Assembly (NCBI RefSeq): GCF_006345805.1
Contig: NC_043002.1
Location: 67,332,001 to 67,396,000, forward strand
DNA from: Octopus sinensis
Lineage: Eukaryota
Direction of reading: 5' to 3'
DNA length: 64,000 bases
Every line of letters starts with the position of its first letter. Within the stretch, counting starts at the first letter, position 1. Positions 12,110 through 26,400 of the stretch are shown piece by piece. A program made the position numbers and the translations under genes. The notes under the pieces are model-generated. The model saw nothing but the letters and a program-made list of their open reading frames with translations, ran no database searches and had not been told where the DNA came from.

Positions 12110-12729
12110 TCACCCATTAAACGTGGTCACTCCTACTCTATTAGGAGGTCTTCTTTCTTCCCCCACTAATTCATCATCAGAAATAGGACGGTTGATAGCT
12201 TTGTCGAAATAATACAAACGATCAATGAAAGTGCTGCCTTCATTTCCAGTCATAAGTCCATCCACCGATTCTATGCCACTATCGTTTCGACCAGATTTAT
12301 TTATTTTACCCGAAGGTAAATTGAGAGGCTTCTTTGACGACTCATCTGTCTTAGCTTTGTTAATCTCTTTCATATTAGCCCTCTTCTGTTTCATCTTCTT
12401 GCTATCTGGATGATAAGGGAAACATAGCCTTGGCACCGCCATTAACAGTATCACCGTGTAAAGTAGGAGGAAGCTGAGGCAACTTAAACAGGCGACAATT
12501 ATCAATCCGGTGGATGAGAAAAGCTTTTCTTTCTCGGAGCAAGCTACTTTTGTAACCGGTTGAATTCCGGAAGCTTCAGATTGAGACTTATTCTCGGCAG
12601 ATCGTTTATGAGTATCAGAAAGCAAAAGTGTTTCTTTTTGTAGATCGACAGCCATAACTGGAGAATCAGGAGACTGAAGGATGTCATACTGGAGAGTTGT
12701 TTGGTCTTGGATTTTCGCGAGGCTCAACG
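12110..12729 (-). CDS. Terminal coding exon of a single-pass type I membrane protein (Ser/Thr-rich stalk, TM helix, about 105-aa cytoplasmic tail)
   Basis: Strong acceptor ttttctcttcttctttctaacag| at 12731/12730, phase 1; 205 open codons of non-repetitive sequence; [27 protein letters not shown] followed by KKMKQKR; stop TGA at 12112-12110. Confidence 0.85.
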
Positions 12730-12765
12730 CTGTTAGAAAGAAGAAGAGAAAATAGTAAATAACAA

Positions 12766-14648
<1,883 letters not shown>

Positions 14649-15014
14649 AACAAAATGAAGTTGTAAGGTACCGCACGTGTGGAAATATATATGAAAGAAG
14701 GTTTGAAAATGCAATTTTAAAGATATTTATTGACTTGACCGGTTTCTCATTTTTAGAAAAAGATTGTCAAAAGTTAAATGTAAAGCTTTGTAAAAGCTTT
14801 GTTGTGTTAAGTACTGGTTGTCACAAAGGTATTAAAATACATATATACATTCTTTGATAATAATAAGAAAATGTTAAAAATAGTTTACAGGAAAGTATTT
14901 AAGAAAATATTCAACAAAAAAGTATTAGGAGATACGAACGCCCGCGCGCGTGAACAAGGCACTTGTGCAAAGTGAGATGAAGCCCGGTATATTGCATTAC
15001 TTACGGTTGAAATA

Positions 15015-15432
15015 CAAAGAAAGGAAGAATGAAAGAAAGAAAGAAAGAAAGAAAGAAGGACGGAAAGAAAGAAGGCAGGAAGGAAGGAAAGAAAGAAAGA
15101 AAGAATGAAGGAAGGAAAGAAAGAAAGAAAGAAAGAACGGAAGGAAGAAGGAAGAAGGAAAGAAAGGAATGAGCGAACAAAAGGAAAAATGGAAAAGAAA
15201 GGATGGAAAAAAGAGAGAAAGGAAGGAAGGAAGAAAGAAAGAAAGGAAAAGAAGGATAGGAAAAGAAAGGGGAAAAGGAAAAAAATTAAGTAAAAGAACA
15301 AATTCAAATAACACATAATCGTGTATGTATGTATGTATGTATGTATGTATGTATGTATGTATGTATGTATGTATGTACGTACGTACGTACGTACGTATGT
15401 ATGTATGTATGTATGTATGTATGTATGTATGT
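15015..15432. repeat. (GAAA/GGAA)n purine tract and (GTAT)n
   Basis: Read directly. Confidence 0.92.
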
Positions 15433-16149
15433 CTGAACATGTATGTGTGTATGTATGTATACTTACATATATATATATACATACATATTTAATTATGTAT
15501 ACACACACACCCTCACACACATTCACGCCCACACGCACACATATACTGCAACATATTAGTAACACATTCTTGGGTGGATACGAAATTGTGAAATCTTTTG
15601 CCAAGATATGGAAAGCAAAATTGAATGCGCGTATGGGACATGGGATGACTGGTTGTGGCCTCATTATAAAACACAATTAAGTAAGCTTAGATGAAGACAT
15701 TTCTCATCAGTGATCATATTAAACAGACTTCTATTAATAGCATAGTGCTATTTTTTTACTATTTCGTTATGTCATTTTGTTGTATCTCGGACGGGTCATT
15801 ATGCCCATAATGATCACACACACTGGTTCTGTTTCACTTCTTTTATTATTTTTTTTTTGTCAATTAATTAACCATTTAATCAATTAAAAAATCAATTGTT
15901 TGATTAATTGTTCGGTCAATCAATCACTCTGCTAGGTTTATCAAAGCCCTTATGTCTCAATTCGTGACCACATCAATGACATGTCCTTTCTACTCCAGAT
16001 CTGCTTCGAGTCTTTCTGCCCGAGAATTGGTTTATAAAACATTAGTTACATCATCTTACGCATATTTCATTAACATAAGGTTATTGTGTGATTACTTTTC
16101 GTGTAACACTCTTTTCCGCAGCTCATCTTTCTAACCGAGCTGCAGTTCT

Positions 16150-16670
16150 GAATCCAGAGCAGAACAAGGTTTAACCTATGGCATTTGAAACGTTGCCAGG
16201 CGCCCATTGCTCTCTTCCAACTGGACTATGTTCAGGGTGAAGTTCCTCGCATTATATAGTGAGTTAGTGAAGGATCTGAGTGACGATTTTGACCAGGACA
16301 GCTTTCGTAGACTCTTCTGACTTTCAGTCAGAACGGACATTATAGACAATTTCCAAAATTCCTTATTCTGGCCGTGCAACAAGGGCATAATTTCTTGTCC
16401 TGGATAAACTCTACAGAAAATGATCGCGCTGCAGCCACCACCAGCAGAACCTGTCCAAACTGCACCCAGGGTGATTCTTCACTCAGCACGCATTTGTTTA
16501 ATGTCTGGGTTTATGTAGAACAACTGTTATCATGTGTGGAACGAATTCAGCTGTCAACCAAACCTATCATGGAAATTAAATCTGCACCGACATTTGCGCG
16601 GTGGACTTGGCATACCGTGGCTTATCATTTACAGGCATGTGCTGAGACTGTGGCATCTCCGGCAACTCCT
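16150..16670 (+). mobile_element. Old L1/Tx1-like LINE relic, ORF2 C-terminus
   Basis: IDNFQNSLFWPC, SRTCPNCTQGD, VWVYVEQLLSCVERIQLST parallel LDNFQRSLAWQC, TCLRC, HVLSHLGRVQLS in ORF 38137-39066. Confidence 0.75.
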
Positions 16671-16889
16671 TGACAGTAAATAAGTGTGGACTCATACGTG
16701 TGGACTCATAAGTGTGGACTCATAAGTGTTTCACATACGCGTTTTTCAACAGCTCATCAGTTTCACAGACTTAGACCGAGACAGGGAATTTAACATCTGG
16801 AATATCGTCAAGCACTCACAGCCGTCTTTCAGTCAGGCGATGCAGTCGGTGGAAGTTTCACGTTGATAATCTAAAGAGGATTAATAACA

Positions 16890-17226
16890 GAAAAAAGGGA
16901 CAGCGTTCACGAGCAAAATCCGAGCATCGATGAAAATCAACCGAGAGGTCGGTTTCGGGGGACTTTCGAACGGGGACAATGGGTAACTTCCAGAAATCCC
17001 TGACCTGGTAGTACTAAAGAAGGTGGGAGAGAGGCATTGCTGGTTCGAGGTAAACTCAACAGAAATGGAAGTGCTGTCAGCTGGGCCTGCCCAGTACGCA
17101 CGCAGGGAAAGAAGCCGTTCTGCACGCACCCTAGCATTGTTGACTTTTGAAGTTACATCCTCCCACAAACTTTCAGGCAATTTTTATATGTCTGGTGGCT
17201 GTAGCGAAAGCGGTTGTATGGTGGAG
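16890..17226 (+). mobile_element. Second old L1/Tx1-like relic, same C-terminal region
   Basis: GNFQKSLTW, GKEAVLHA, AIFICLVAVAKAVVWW, degenerate. Confidence 0.72.
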
Positions 17227-17451
17227 AGCTGGCAGAAACGTTAGCACGCCGGGCGAAATGCGTAGCGGTATTTCGTCTGCGTTACGTTGTGAGTTCAAAT
17301 TCCGCCGAGGTCGACTTTGCCTTTCATCCTTTCGGGGTCGATAAATTAAGTACCAGTTACGCACTGGGGTCGATGTAATCGACTTAATACCTATGCCTGT
17401 CCTTGTTTGTCCCCTCTGTGTTTAGCCCCTTGTGGGTAATAAAGAAATAGG
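17227..17451 (+). mobile_element. SINE family C with long tail
   Basis: gagctggcagaaacgttagcacg...gtcgactttgcctttcatcctttcggggtcgataaattaagtaccag...aataaagaaatagg. Confidence 0.88.
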
Positions 17452-17659
17452 TTGTATGATGGACTCGTTTGAAAGGACTAAAGTCAGACACTTCCCTCTT
17501 TGGCCAAACACTCATCAAATTCTTCAAGTTCCACTTGAAAAGGAAAGTGAGGGTGGAGAGGGAAGTGTACTGCATCAGGGTATTTTATCATCATCATCAT
17601 TATTATTATTATTATTATCATTATTATTATTATTATTATTATTAAGGTATTCCGTCCGT

Positions 17660-18000
17660 CGCTACGTTCTGAGTTCAAATTCCGCTGAGGTCGACTTAGC
17701 CTTTCATCCTTTCCCGTTCGATAAAATGAGTACCAGTTGAACACTAATCATCCCAAGCTGCCCTTGAAGCAAAAATTTGAAATAAATAATTATTATTATT
17801 GAAGCGGCAAGCTGGCAGAATTGTTAGCATGCCGGACAAAATACTTCGCGGCCTTTCTTCCGGCTTTACGTTCTAAGTTTAAATTCCACCGAGGTCGATT
17901 TTGCTTTTCCTCTTTAAGTAAAAGAGTCGATGTAATCGACTCCCATCCCCCACCCCCACCTCAAAATTGCTGGCTCTGTGCCAACATTAGAAAGGATTAT
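17660..18000 (+). mobile_element. Two degenerate SINE family C fragments
   Basis: Family C cores at about 17680-17740 and 17805-17940. Confidence 0.7.
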
Positions 18001-18562
18001 TTCTAGTAGAAATTGTTGTTGTTATTGTTATTGTTACTGCTGTTTAACTCAAAACATTTTACTGCATCCAGAAATAATAAAAAAAATTTTCTCACGGGAA
18101 AAAGAAAATGTCTGTTACATGGAAGATAAAGACAATTGTATCATCATGTATCCGTACTTGAAGATAACAAGTCTTTTTTTGAAGTGGGTCTTTTTGCCGC
18201 CCCTCTCTTCTATTTTGTAAACAACACTCCCGTGTTTGATGTTCGTACAACTACAGGTATAAACGGGAACCGATATAGGACAATTTCGAAAGATGTTCAT
18301 CAGTTTGATCCCCGCTTCCGACATGATCATGGTGAATTATAACTAAAACACTCAAGGACTTCTTTAAATATCCGAGGTGACAATCCTTTGGATTGAATGA
18401 CCGACATGAAGAGAAACAGCATCACCTTTGACAATACAATTTCTTTTGACAACACACACAACCACACACACACACGCGCGCTCACACAACGCATACGCAC
18501 ATGAATATGAAATGAAAGGAAGCTAAGGCAAGTAACTTCATGTGACCAGTAGTAGACTGCGG

Positions 18563-19183
18563 GGATCTTTTCCTTTTGAACGGCAGATGTCAACACAATT
18601 TCTAGTTAACTAAACACTTTTAAACTTCGTATACTGGTGGAAAGTGTTTATAAAACATAATTTTCTCTTGGTTTTATTGAGAAAATTCTATAGTTTGTAA
18701 GATATTTCGTCTGAAAATCCGAGCATTTCGGCAATTTTAAATCGATTACCTCCATTCAACTAAAATCATTTGCTGCGTCTAAAACTAAGACAACATCCTG
18801 TAACTAACCCTAAACCTCCCCACTAACCCTATTTTTTTCTTAATTGTTAAATTAATTTAATTCCATTGCTTTAGCGTTTTTTTACACACGTAACTATTAA
18901 ATTAATTTAACAATTAAGAAAAAAAATTAGGGTTAGGGGGGAGGTTTAGGGTTAGTTACAGGATGTTGTCTCAGTTTTAGACGCAGCAAATGATTTTAGC
19001 TCAAAAGAGAGCATAGGATTGGTTAAAATTCGAAAAATTAAACTACTTTAAACAAACAAATTACAATTTTCTCAAGAAAGCCAAGAGAAAAAAATGTTTT
19101 ATTTTGACACATTCTACCAGTATACGAAGTTTTAAAGTGTTTAGTTAACTAGAAATTGTCTGCCGTTCAAAAGGAAAAGATCC
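18563..19183. mobile_element. 621-bp foldback non-autonomous DNA transposon with 8-bp TSD (Merlin-like candidate)
   Basis: Termini GGATCTTTTCCTTTTGAACGGCAGA and its reverse complement; arms palindromic for about 290 bp; TSD gactgcgg at 18555-18562 and 19184-19191. Confidence 0.88.
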
Positions 19184-19348
19184 GACTGCGGCCATACTGG
19201 GGTACCGCCTTAGAATTTTAGCCTGGAATTTATTCTGTCGGTCCCTTTTGCCGAGCCGCTACATTTCGTGAACGTAAACAAACCAACACCGGTTGTCACA
19301 CGATGGCAGGAGACAAACACAGACGCAAAGACATGCACGCGCGCACAT

Positions 19349-19386
<38 letters not shown>

Positions 19387-19540
19387 CTACATATACGAAG
19401 GGCTTCTTCCAGCGTCCGTCTACCAAATCCACTCACAAGACTTTCGTTGACCCGAGGTTATAGTACGAGACACTTACCCAAGGTGCCAGGCAGTGAGACT
19501 GAACCCGAAACCGTCTGGTTTCTTACCACGCAGCCACCCT
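19184..19540 (-). mobile_element. SINE family A, tail interrupted by the foldback element
   Basis: Family match. Confidence 0.78.
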
Positions 19541-20104
19541 TGTGGCATGGACAACAAAGGCGAATAAGGGCGTATCAAATAACATGCGAAATAAATATTT
19601 AAGTTTTTGAAAATATTTCCGCCATTTCCAAACGAGAAGATTCAGGAATTCTCCAATTGACGACATACCATTGAGAAAAAAATAAACACGCACGCGCGCA
19701 CACACTTATAGACACACACATACACAAATAAGTATAGCTCAAGTCATTTGAAGTCATACTTCGAAACCTTTACCGAGGGCCATGTCCTCTGGAAAAAGAG
19801 TGGCTATAAATGTATATTTGTGTGTGCGAGTGTGTGTTCGTGCGTGTACGTGTGTGCGCGTATATGTATGCATGCATCTGTGTGTGTGTGTGTGTGTGTG
19901 TGTACAGATATCTCAATAGCAAATAGATACCAGCATTCTTTTTGAAAGATTTATTCCTAGAAGCAAAATAATGCCATTTGATACATTTAAATAATTTTTA
20001 ATTGTGAATTAAAAATAAAGGAAAAAGTTTGTTATATAATGTATTAGACATTCGGCGCAATTTTATCTAACCCTGCTCAAACTAAAAAAGTTATATAAAA
20101 AGAA

Positions 20105-20541
20105 AATTCGTTTCTACTCTAGGAACAAGGCCCGAAATTTGCGGGGAGAGGGCCAGCCAATTAGATCGACCCCAGTACACAACCGGTACTTAATTTATCA
20201 ACTTCGAAAGGATGAAAGGCAAAGTCGACCTTGGCGGAATTTAGACCCAGAACGTAAAGACAGACGAAATATCGCTAAGCATTTCGCCCGGCTTGCTAAC
20301 GTTTCTTATTTCTTTACTGCCCACAAGGAGCTAAACATAGAGGGGACAAACAAGGACAGACAAAGGAATTAAGTCGATTACATCGACCCCAGTGCGTAAG
20401 TGGTACTTAATTTATCGACCCCGAAAGGATGAAAGGCAAAGTCGACCTCGACGGAATTTGGACCCAGAACGAAAAGACAGACGAAATATCGCTAAGCATT
20501 TTCACCCGGCGTGTTAACGTTTCTGCCAACTCGCCGCCTTA
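20105..20541 (-). mobile_element. SINE family C tandem/nested pair
   Basis: Two cores; junction aagaaataag|aaacgttagc at about 20295-20315. Confidence 0.85.
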
Positions 20542-20761
20542 ATATAACGAGGAAGTTAAAGCATATAGTATTGTGTTTGAAATAAATGCTTTCATGAAAT
20601 ACAAGCATATTCGGGATCAGCAATCGCTTGTTACTGCAAATAAAACGGAAACTCTTAAAATACTGACAAGTGAAACAGATTTGTAGCAGACATCTTTACA
20701 GTCTAATGAGGACTTCCATGCGAAGATGTTGGGTCAGTGTTGACTATGTATTTTCACATAC

Positions 20762-20936
20762 TAGGCGCAGGCGTGGCTGTGTGGTAAGAAACTTGCTTCC
20801 CAACTGCATGGTTCCAGGTTCAGTCCCACGTGTCTTCTACTGCAGCTTCGGGCCAGCCAAAACCTTGTGAGTGGATTTAACAAACGAAGACTGAAACAAT
20901 CCTATCATATGTATATATATATATATAAACACATGT

Positions 20937-20991
<55 letters not shown>

Positions 20992-21200
20992 CGTGTGTGT
21001 ATGTGTGTGTGTATGTGTGTGTGTTTGTCCCACCCCACCCCACGGGCCATCACTTGACAACAGGTGTTGCTTTGTTTACGTTCCTGTAAGTACCAAGCTT
21101 AACAGCAAATAGGTACCGGAGTCGATTCCTTTGATTAGAAATTCTTCTAAGCGGTGCTCCAGCATGGCCGCTGTCTAATGACTGAAACATGTAAAAGAAA
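20762..21200 (+). mobile_element. SINE family A with internal (GATA)n
   Basis: Family match. Confidence 0.82.
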
Positions 21201-21599
21201 ACATAAAAAATATAAGTGCAGGCCTCGGTGGTGTCTGTCTTTTGGGGTTTTTTGTCTTTGTGTTATTTTGGAGGACGGCTGTCGGTTACGAAAGCATGCA
21301 AATCTCTCCTTTTCTCACCATTGATATTTATCCAATGAAAAGGCGGCCAACTTGAGCTGATAGAGCAGGCACCAATGTCGCCGTAAACGTTGCTATCAGA
21401 ACGCATAGAGCTGGAATGGATACTGCATGATATCTTGCTCCACCCTCTAACAACTCCGCTAAACCGCCACCCAAATTGATATACTTTTAACGATTCTGGA
21501 TTTGAACTCAGAATGTAAAGAACCAGAAGGAATACCGCTAAGCACCTTCTCTTTCCGACGCTCTAACTGTTCTGCTAGCTCACTGTTATATAGTAATAA

Positions 21600-21919
21600 G
21601 GAGCATTCCGTCGGTTACGACGACGAGGGTCTCAGCTGATACGATCAACAGCTTGCTCGAGAAATTAACGAGCAACTGGCTGAGCACTCCACAGTCACAT
21701 TTGCCCTTAACGTAGTTCTCATGGAGATTCAGCGTGACACAGAGTGTGACAAGGCTGGCTCTTTGAAATACAGGTACTACTCATTTTTGCCAGCTGAGTG
21801 GACTGGAGCAATGTGAAATGAAGTGTTTTGCTCAGGGACACAATGTGTCGCCGGGAATTGAACTCATGACCTTACGATCATGAGCCGAATGCCCTGACCA
21901 CTAAGCCACGCGCCCTCAC
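21600..21919 (-). mobile_element. SINE family B head with tail type 2
   Basis: B head and core joined to the tail ...tcgtcgtaaccgacggaatgctcc. Confidence 0.85.
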
Positions 21920-22190
21920 AATATGTAGATTAATAATAACATTAACATCAGTTTCTTGGACTAGCCATAAAATCTGTATATTTGGGGGATGTACTTTGGA
22001 GATTTTCAAGGATGTTAGTAATGTAAGCTAAATGCTTCCAATAAAGATTTGAAACTGTGTTTTGGTTTCAGTTTATCAGAAGCTGAACACTTAACCTCCA
22101 ACACTTACCACAAGGTTCAGAGTCAAAAATAGTACTAATAATTAGTGACTCATACTCAAGATTCACAAAAGATATTAGTATACGATAAAC

Positions 22191-22468
22191 GTCGCCCTTT
22201 TCAAGCCTAGCCAGGCTCATGGGCCCGGTTTCCTGGTTTCTGTGGCGTATGTGTTCTCCCCAGCTTGACGGGACGCCAACCCATCGCAGCGTTACTCAAG
22301 AAACAGGAAGAGAGAGTGAGAGAAAGTTGTGGCGAAAGAGCACAACAGGAGTCGTCACCACCCCCTGCCGGAGCCTCGTGGAGCTTTTAGGTATTTTCGC
22401 TCAATAAACACACACAACGCCCGGTCTGAGAATCGAAACCGCGATCCTCCGGGTCATTGCGCCTCCAC
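22191..22468 (-). mobile_element. tRNA-derived SINE family D head with tail type 1
   Basis: Head gtggaggcgcaatg...gtttcgattctcagaccggg; tail gaaaccaggaaaccgggcccatgagcctggctaggc. Confidence 0.85.
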
Positions 22469-22499
22469 GATATTAGTATAGCAATGCCAATAAAATTAA

Positions 22500-23019
22500 C
22501 ACGTTAACCACCACGGCCTGTTACTGAACCTTACCGATGACGTCGAGTATTTCTGGCTAGCGAAATTTTTTAATTGCATACAACCAATCAGAGCTCACCT
22601 TGAAAATCCACATACTGTGTACTATAGTACAGCCAGTCAGGCATAGAATTGTGTAATGCAATCTGTGAGTACAGCATAGCAGGTCTTACATAAGTTCCAC
22701 ATTCCACCCCCACCTCCATCCTCATAGATTAATTGAGCACCATCTCTGAATGGAGCTAACACTAGGTATCTATGCTCAGACTGAGATTAGTGATACTGCA
22801 GGTACCCGCAGTACGACACAACACCATATTCTTTTACTTGTTTCAGTCATTTGACTGCGGCCATGCTGGAGCACCGCCTTTAGTCGAGCAAATCGACAAC
22901 AGAACTTATTCTTTGTAAGCCTAGTACTTATTCTATCGGTCTCTCTTGCCGAACCGCTAAGTGACGGGGACGTAAACACACCAGCATCGGTTGTCAAGCG
23001 ATGTTGGGGGACAAACACA

Positions 23020-23077
<58 letters not shown>

Positions 23078-23833
23078 GAACGGGCTTCTTTCAGTTTCCG
23101 CCTACTAAATCCACTCACAAGGCTTTGGTCGGCTCGAGGCTATAGTAGAAGACACTTGCCCAAGGTGCCACGCAGTAAGACTGAACCCGGAACCATGTGG
23201 TTGGTAAGCAAGCTACTTACCACACAACCACTCCTGATTACGATGTTTCCAGATCAACACCAACATTTTATGTTAGGAATGTACAAAATCAGTCAAAAAA
23301 TTAGGAACCTACACTCATTTACATTTTCTAGTAAATTACGCAAACTGGCAACACTTCATCCATGAGCAGCGTCTACGAGCAGCACTTCATTCACTTTATA
23401 CACTAAATTTCACATTTGTCACCCCTATTAACCCGTTTAAAACTGTTAGATTTTGCTATAACGCACATTTTCCACATAATTTAACCAGAGTATTCTCATG
23501 ACTAGGTGGGCACAAGTTTGATAGTTGAGGTCTGATTGGCTGTATGCAAACGAGTTCTTAACTGGGGTCCGGAACTCTCGTGGGAAAAAATTGCTTCCGG
23601 CTACATAGCATATTGCTTAATTGCACAGAAATGTAATTTTTAAGAATTTTTACAATATTTCATAATTAAACTTTAATATTTAGCACTCATGTTATTTAAC
23701 TATTCTCGAAACCATGTCAAAGATACAGACTAAAATATTTTCTCAAATTATGTAAGTAAACAACCGGTGGGGAATATGGCAGTTGTGTGAAGTTAGCAAT
23801 CAAACGCTGGTGGTAATTGTGGCAGTTAACGTG
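22500..23833. mobile_element. piggyBac-like non-autonomous element containing a SINE A insertion
   Basis: TTAA|cacgttaaccaccac ... gtggcagttaacgtg|TTAG; internal inverted motif catacaaccaatcag / ctgattggctgtatg. Confidence 0.6.
22829..23236 (-). mobile_element. SINE family A, full length
   Basis: Family match. Confidence 0.88.
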
Positions 23834-23981
23834 TTAGTGTTAATGGCACCGAAAAGGAGGACAAACATATATACAGTAGTTAGGAAACATATACAGTAGC
23901 TACGAAACATATACATATACATATAACATATACAGGAGCTAGGAAACAACAACTACAACATGGATTAGCGATGGCATTTAC

Positions 23982-24048
23982 CTTGAGAATTATCCAACAG
24001 CACAGCGTGGGTCAAGATAAGACAGAGAGCAACAGGTTGCAAAGCCAT
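23982..24048 (-). CDS. First coding exon, signal peptide MALQPVALCLILTHAVLLDNSQ
   Basis: ATG in strong context (aataATGg) with an upstream in-frame TGA at 24099-24097; hydrophobic h-region; donor caag|gtaaat at 23981, phase 1, matching the acceptor at 12730. Confidence 0.72.
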
Positions 24049-24417
24049 TATTTGTGCGTCCGATAATGAAATGAAGAAATCAGCGTTGGGTGATACTCAA
24101 GATATGTTTGCCTCAATGAACTCCGCAATAGCCGTTACTTCGTCCCTCCGACGATCTTCTGTTGGACTAATTTCCGCATTTGAGTAAATGTATATATGTT
24201 TATGTTTGTAAGTGTAGTCAAGTGCCTCGTTGGTTGGGGAAATACCATACAAACATATACACAATATTCTGAGAATCACATTCACCGGAAAGTGGATAAA
24301 TTTGATAATGATCTCAAGGATTGTCCAAAATTCATTTTATAACTAGGAGTGTCCAAATTCGCATTCACATATGTTAGTGTACGTGCACGTGTGTAAATGT
24401 ATAGCTGTGTGTGTATG

Positions 24418-24477
<60 letters not shown>

Positions 24478-24727
24478 AGCACGTGCGTGTGTTTGTGTGT
24501 GAGTGATTTCATATTGTACATGTATGTATATGTGGATCAGAACGTGATAATTCAGGGCTACACAGGAAAATATACTCGTAGCGCCTTTGTTCTGGCTACT
24601 TTTTTATAGCTTTTAAAGAAAATAAAGAGATATAAGTTACCGAGAGGCACCAACAATTCTAGTTTTCTATGCCAACCATTGTACATTCTTTACTTTGTGG
24701 TTCTTCAAACAATACTTTGGCAAATAA

Positions 24728-24842
24728 GGCGCAGGAGTGGCTGTGTGGTAAGTAGCTTGCTTACCGACCACATGGATCCGGGTTCAGTCCCACTGCGTGG
24801 CACCTTGGGCAAGTGTCTTCTACTATAGCCTCGGGCCGACAA
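24728..24842 (+). mobile_element. SINE family A head fragment
   Basis: Family match. Confidence 0.8.
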
Positions 24843-25009
24843 AAGCCCGAGCAATATAATTTATTTTTATGAAAATTGGTTTCTCAGTTTCCTGTGTTTG
24901 AACTTGCTGTCTTTGGCGCCCTAAATAGCTATTTACACACACACACACACACACACAACACACACACACACACACACACACGTATGTATACATCATTATA
25001 TCATGTGCT

Positions 25010-25649
25010 CCCAAACATTGCACAAAACTTTAGCAACAGTCAACGGCTCTGTGAGCGAGTCATCTTAGCTCCACGTAATGTTCCCGTCAACAAAATTAAT
25101 TGGGATCTCTTGCAGCTGTTGTCTGGATAAGAACAGTCTTTCAAATCCCTCGACACTGTCACTGATCAGGACCAGGCTGTAGTTTCTCCAACTGAATTCT
25201 TGAACTCTCTACAGTTATCTGGGATACTACCTCACCACTTAACACTTAAAAAAGGGGCCCCAATCATGTCACCCAGGAATCTGGATTCACCTCGTCTGTG
25301 CAATTGCACCAGAGTAATGATGAAAGCTATGCGATCCCATGTCCTAGAGATAACAGTTATAACCGGGAACTATAAGAGTGAGGATGTCTTCATTCCACGG
25401 ATCCTGTTAATCCCATATGACCTCCCCTTTGAATTTAAACGGTTCCAGTTCCCAGTGAAACTAAGTTTCGCTATGCCAATAAACAAATCTCAAGGACAGT
25501 CTCTGAAGGTTGTTGGACTTCACTTTGCTTCTCTCATGGGCAATTATATAGAATGTTCGCGAGTTGGAAGTCCCCAAAATCTTTTCATTTATACACTAAT
25601 TAAAGGAAACACTCAAGACATCGTATATCTAGAAGTTCTAGATAATTAA
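25010..25649 (+). mobile_element. Helitron Pif1-like helicase C-terminal fragment, decayed
   Basis: ILAPRN, EFLNSL...HLTLKKGAPIM..RNLD...LCN.TR, IPRI, FKRFQFPVKLSFAMPINKSQGQSL. Confidence 0.9.
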
Positions 25650-25731
25650 ACTGTGATTGATTTCCGAATTTGTTTCAATACATTTGTTTATACTCACGTT
25701 ATCTGATAGTCAGTTCTTGACTAATGATAAT

Positions 25732-25734
<3 letters not shown>

Positions 25735-25764
<30 letters not shown>

Positions 25765-25794
25765 AAGAAGAAGAAGAAGAAGAAGAAGAAGAAG

Positions 25795-25830
<36 letters not shown>
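25735..25830. repeat. (AAG)n followed by (AAC)n
   Basis: Read directly. Confidence 0.95.
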
Positions 25831-25831
<1 letters not shown>

Positions 25832-26224
25832 TCAATAACATGAATGAATGTATGAATGAATGATATACTATCCAGGAAGAGGAAAATCTATTAGGAGAGG
25901 AGTAAAAGGGATGCAGAACGAAGTCGAGGAGTACTGTTGATCTGTTGTATATCGATTGCATGATAGTAAGCGATGAACAAATAAGAAATAAATGGTTGGT
26001 TGGATAGACAACAAGAAAGCCTACGATAATGTGCCACACTGTTGGCTTTTGGTGGCCTAAAGAGACTTAGGGTTACTGAGATGATAAAAAGGTTTATTTT
26101 TCTTTTTTTAAGCAATAAGACTACAGAAAGAGGAATAAAATGCAGAAGTGAGTCATTGGAAAGTGTGAAAATATAGTCTCCTTTCTTTATTTCAGAAATA
26201 ACATTGGTAATTCATACAGCAAAC

Positions 26225-26400
26225 TGAGGATGATAGTAGATAGAAACCTGAAAATAGAAACTGAATCACTGATTATAACCGCTCAGAAACAAGCCTTAAG
26301 AACGAACTTGAAGACTAGGATTGATAAAACTCAGTTAGAGAGCAAGCGCAAGATCTGCGGAAAAGGAAGCAAAAGTATTAAGCATCTCCTAAAGTTACAG
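26225..26400 (+). mobile_element. Degenerate non-LTR retrotransposon fragment, region preceding the C-terminal zinc knuckle (R4/NeSL-like)
   Basis: LKIETESLIITAQKQALRTN...RIDKTQ...ICG..SIKHL resembles the ETEGLIxAAQDQALxT...CxxC...H motif. Confidence 0.6.

Noticed and set aside
18795-18960. Interstitial telomere
   Set aside because: Only a few TTAGGG-like units, all inside the foldback element.
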